Below are positions 27,167 to 29,237 of a stretch of 29,237 nucleotides of DNA, piece by piece. The position numbers were made by a program, and so were the translations under genes. This DNA comes from Clostridiaceae bacterium (GTDB lineage Bacteria; Bacillota; Clostridia; Saccharofermentanales; DTU023): assembly GCA_012799825.1 (NCBI GenBank), contig JAAZKK010000050.1, positions 1-29,237 on the forward strand. Direction: 5' to 3'. The notes beneath the pieces are model-generated. The model was not told the DNA's origin, did no database searches, and worked only from the letters and a program-made list of their open reading frames with translations. The stretch's first letter is position 1. Every line of letters begins with the position of its first letter.

Positions 27167-27204
27167 GTTTGTTACCTCCCAGTTGTAACTTACAAGCACG
27201 CCGT

Positions 27205-27233
27205 ATTCTATCACGACGCCTGATCTCGCGCAA
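27205..27233 (-). promoter_or_regulatory. Candidate sigma-70-type promoter for rpsT
   Basis: On the minus strand: TTGCGC (27228-27233), a 17-nt spacer ending TG-a, then TAGAAT (27205-27210). It lies about 40 nt upstream of the rpsT start. Confidence 0.5.
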
Positions 27234-27377
27234 GTTTTAGCGATAGTGCCATGAGCCAAGAAGAACGCAAAGAAGAACGCAAGAAAGACGTTTGGTTTTT
27301 GTATATTTTCATTTTTACTTTATTCGTCTTTGTCTTGCTTCTTAGTAAGTTCTGCGTTCTATAATGTAATAAAATCA

Positions 27378-27405
27378 TTGACAAGAATAAAGCATTAAGG
27401 ATAAT
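27378..27405 (+). promoter_or_regulatory. Candidate sigma-70-type promoter for the Ldh_2-family gene
   Basis: TTGACA (27378-27383), a 16-nt spacer, then GATAAT (27400-27405). It lies about 30 nt upstream of the RBS AGAGGAGG and the TTG start at 27437. Confidence 0.5.
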
Positions 27406-27436
27406 ACTATTGTGATACAAGAGAGGAGGTTCACAC

Positions 27437-28567
27437 TTGTCTTATCAATACTTATCGTATAGCGTTCTACGTCAGTTTTGTGTGGATGTTTTTCAACGGT
27501 TTGGCTTTACCGAAAGTGAAGCATACATCATTCAAGATGTTCTATTATCGAGCGATTTAAGCGGTATAGAATCACACGGCATCCAACGCATGGTTCGCTA
27601 TCATAAAGGCATAGAAAAGGGCATGATTGATGTGCACGCCAAGCGTGAAATTGTGTTTGAGACGCCTATTTCCGCCGTCTTCGATGCGCATAACGGGATG
27701 GGACAGCTTGCGGGATATTATGCTATGGAACTTGCAATCCAGAAAGCAAAGGCGAACGGTGTGAGCATCGTAACTGTGCGCAATTCAAACCACTTTGGCA
27801 TTGCGGGATACTATGCGAAAATGGCTTGCAATCAAGGATTGATTGGGCTTTGTTGCACCAATTCGACTGCGATTATGGTACCTACATACGGACGGGTTGC
27901 TATGCTAGGCTCCAATCCCATCGCGTGCGCATTCCCCGCGGAACCAAATGATTTTCTGTTTGATTCGTCCACTACCGTGGTCACGCGTGGCAAATTGGAA
28001 GTTTACGATAAAATGCAGATACCGCTCCTTGAGGGATGGGCACTGGATAAAGACGGCCATCCTTCTACTGATGCATCGGACGTTCTTGCCAACATCGCCG
28101 GTAAAAATGGAGGTGGCATTATGCCTGTCGGCGGAAACAAGGAAGAGCTGGGCTCCCACAAAGGCTATGGCTTTGCCATGCTGTGCGAAATCTTCTCCTC
28201 TATTCTGTCGCTTGGTTGCACTTCTGATGAATGCAACATAAATAACAAAGGTGGTATTTGCCATGGTTTCATGGTTATCAATCCCGCGCTCTTTGGCGAT
28301 GCCGAACAGATCAAACAGCATTTATCCTCGTATCTTTGCAAGATTCGCAATTCACCAAAAGCAGAGGGGCAAACACGCATCTACACGCACGGAGAGAAAG
28401 AGCTTGAGGCAATTGCCCGAGCCAAAGCACACGGCATCCCCGTTCAAGACAATACCATCATGGAACTATCCAATTTGTGCGATTACTTGGATTTGGATTT
28501 TACTGAATATTTTGGTGAACAGTTTTTGAATTTCAAAGACAGTGGGTATACCAGTCAGTACTCTTAA
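27437..28567 (+). CDS. Ldh_2-family (malate/L-lactate/ureidoglycolate/sulfolactate dehydrogenase type 2) oxidoreductase, 376 aa
   Basis: TTG start behind AGAGGAGGttcacac. GIESHGIQRMVRY, VRNSNHFGIAGYY, GSNPIA and SHKGYGFAML are family motifs. Confidence 0.9.
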   Translation: MSYQYLSYSVLRQFCVDVFQRFGFTESEAYIIQDVLLSSDLSGIESHGIQRMVRYHKGIEKGMIDVHAKREIVFETPISAVFDAHNGMGQLAGYYAMELAIQKAKANGVSIVTVRNSNHFGIAGYYAKMACNQGLIGLCCTNSTAIMVPTYGRVAMLGSNPIACAFPAEPNDFLFDSSTTVVTRGKLEVYDKMQIPLLEGWALDKDGHPSTDASDVLANIAGKNGGGIMPVGGNKEELGSHKGYGFAMLCEIFSSILSLGCTSDECNINNKGGICHGFMVINPALFGDAEQIKQHLSSYLCKIRNSPKAEGQTRIYTHGEKELEAIARAKAHGIPVQDNTIMELSNLCDYLDLDFTEYFGEQFLNFKDSGYTSQYS

Positions 28568-28699
28568 AGAAATGGAGTAGAAGTAGATTTCCTTACGAAT
28601 TGAATGGTTCGTTAAGCGCTGTTCTGTACTAATTGAAACAGCGTTTGATGGATCCGGAGCTTCAGACAAAAACAGCCGACCTAGATGCTTAGTATTATA

Positions 28700-28905
28700 A
28701 ATAAAAATCTAGGAACGTCGTGGAAGATACAACACCAGATAGATACATGTCCGGAAGGATACACCGCTAATAAGATTCACCGCAGGGAAGATATATGGCC
28801 AAAGAGATTCAAGGCCTAAAAGGTTACAACACCGGAAAGATAAATGGGCAAAAAAGATACACCGCCGGAAGGATGCATGAGCAAAAAGATATACCGCCGG
28901 AGCCT
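28700..28905. repeat. About 16-bp-period degenerate tandem array, about 11 units (approx GATACACCGCCGGAAG)
   Basis: gatacaacaccagata / gatacatgtccggaag / gatacaccgctaataa / gattcaccgcagggaa / gatatatggccaaaga / ... / gatacaccgccggaag / gatgcatgagcaaaaa / gatataccgccggagc. ORF 28709..28912(-) over it is probably spurious. Confidence 0.7.
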
Positions 28906-28958
28906 CTGCCATAACTACACCATCTCATGAACTTAGCAACACAAACGGAGCCTCGATC

Positions 28959-29237
28959 ATGGCGCAGCCTTCTCATGAACCTAGCAATACAAACGGAACC
29001 TCGATCATGGCAAAGCCATCTTTCGAATCTAGCGACACAAGCGGAGCCCCTGCCATGACCGCATCATCTCACGAAACCAACGACAACGAATATCATGACG
29101 AGTTTACGAGGGCGATCCCTGATGAATCGCTGTACAAGCACTATGCGTTCGATGTAGAGACGATAAGGAGGATGCGAAAAAATGGTGTCCCGAGTTTTGA
29201 GTACAGTTACACATGTGGCAATCCCGGTTGTCAATTT
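28959..29237 (+). CDS. Partial CDS running off the window: an N-terminal region of 16-aa tandem repeats followed by a Cys-containing segment, function unknown
   Basis: The frame is open from the stop at 28878-28880 to the window end, and the first ATG is at 28959. Three to four 48-bp in-frame units encode PSHELSNTNGASIMAQ / PSHEPSNTNGTSIMAK / PSFESSDTSGAPAMTA, followed by ...DESLYKHYAFDVETIRRMRKNGVPSFEYSYTCGNPGCQF. It is absent from the ORF track because no stop lies within the window. Confidence 0.4.
   Translation, partial: MAQPSHEPSNTNGTSIMAKPSFESSDTSGAPAMTASSHETNDNEYHDEFTRAIPDESLYKHYAFDVETIRRMRKNGVPSFEYSYTCGNPGCQF

Noticed and set aside
28615-28650. Terminator after the Ldh_2-family gene (cgctgtt...aacagcg)
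   Set aside because: The stem is only 7 bp, with a 13-nt loop and a poor T-tract, so it is not strong enough to annotate.

Overview
This is a 29.2-kb chromosomal window from a Gram-positive, Clostridia-like organism, judged from AGGAGG-type ribosome binding sites, a T-box leader and the gene content. Most genes lie on the minus strand.

Gene content, left to right:
- 0-7 kb is an accessory-looking stretch. It holds a DsrE-like protein, two flavodoxin-fold redox proteins, a membrane-anchored XRE regulator with a repetitive linker, and a poly-Thr lipoprotein.
- 7.4-9.3 kb holds a beta-eliminating lyase with tyrosine-phenol-lyase signature residues. A complete T-box riboswitch precedes it, and I read its specifier as UAC (Tyr).
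- 10.1-21.0 kb is visibly more GC-rich. It carries a tightly packed seven-gene minus-strand operon: YhfW-like phosphomutase, NCS1 permease, HyuB, HyuA, YhfS-like PLP enzyme, YhfX-like racemase-fold PLP enzyme and a protein-kinase-fold protein. A YhfZ-like regulator is transcribed divergently. A small antitoxin-like remnant and a frameshifted transposase N-terminal remnant flank this block.
- 22.2-28.6 kb is housekeeping: queH, ruvB, ruvA, ruvC, an LCP protein, rpsT and an Ldh_2-family oxidoreductase.
- A partial ORF with 16-aa tandem repeats runs off the right edge.

Main candidates for something new:
1. The yhf/hyu hybrid operon, an orphan pathway with no assigned substrate.
2. The Tyr T-box placed in front of a normally catabolic lyase.
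3. A window-wide pattern in which most long spacers are filled by degenerate tandem arrays. The periods are about 14, 16, 19, 21, 24, 38, 65, 86 and 100 bp. The arrays appear seeded from, and grade into, the 3' end (stop codon included) of the adjacent minus-strand gene. In two cases an array unit supplies the RBS or start of the next gene.

All homology statements rest on my recollection of family motifs. No search or computation was run.
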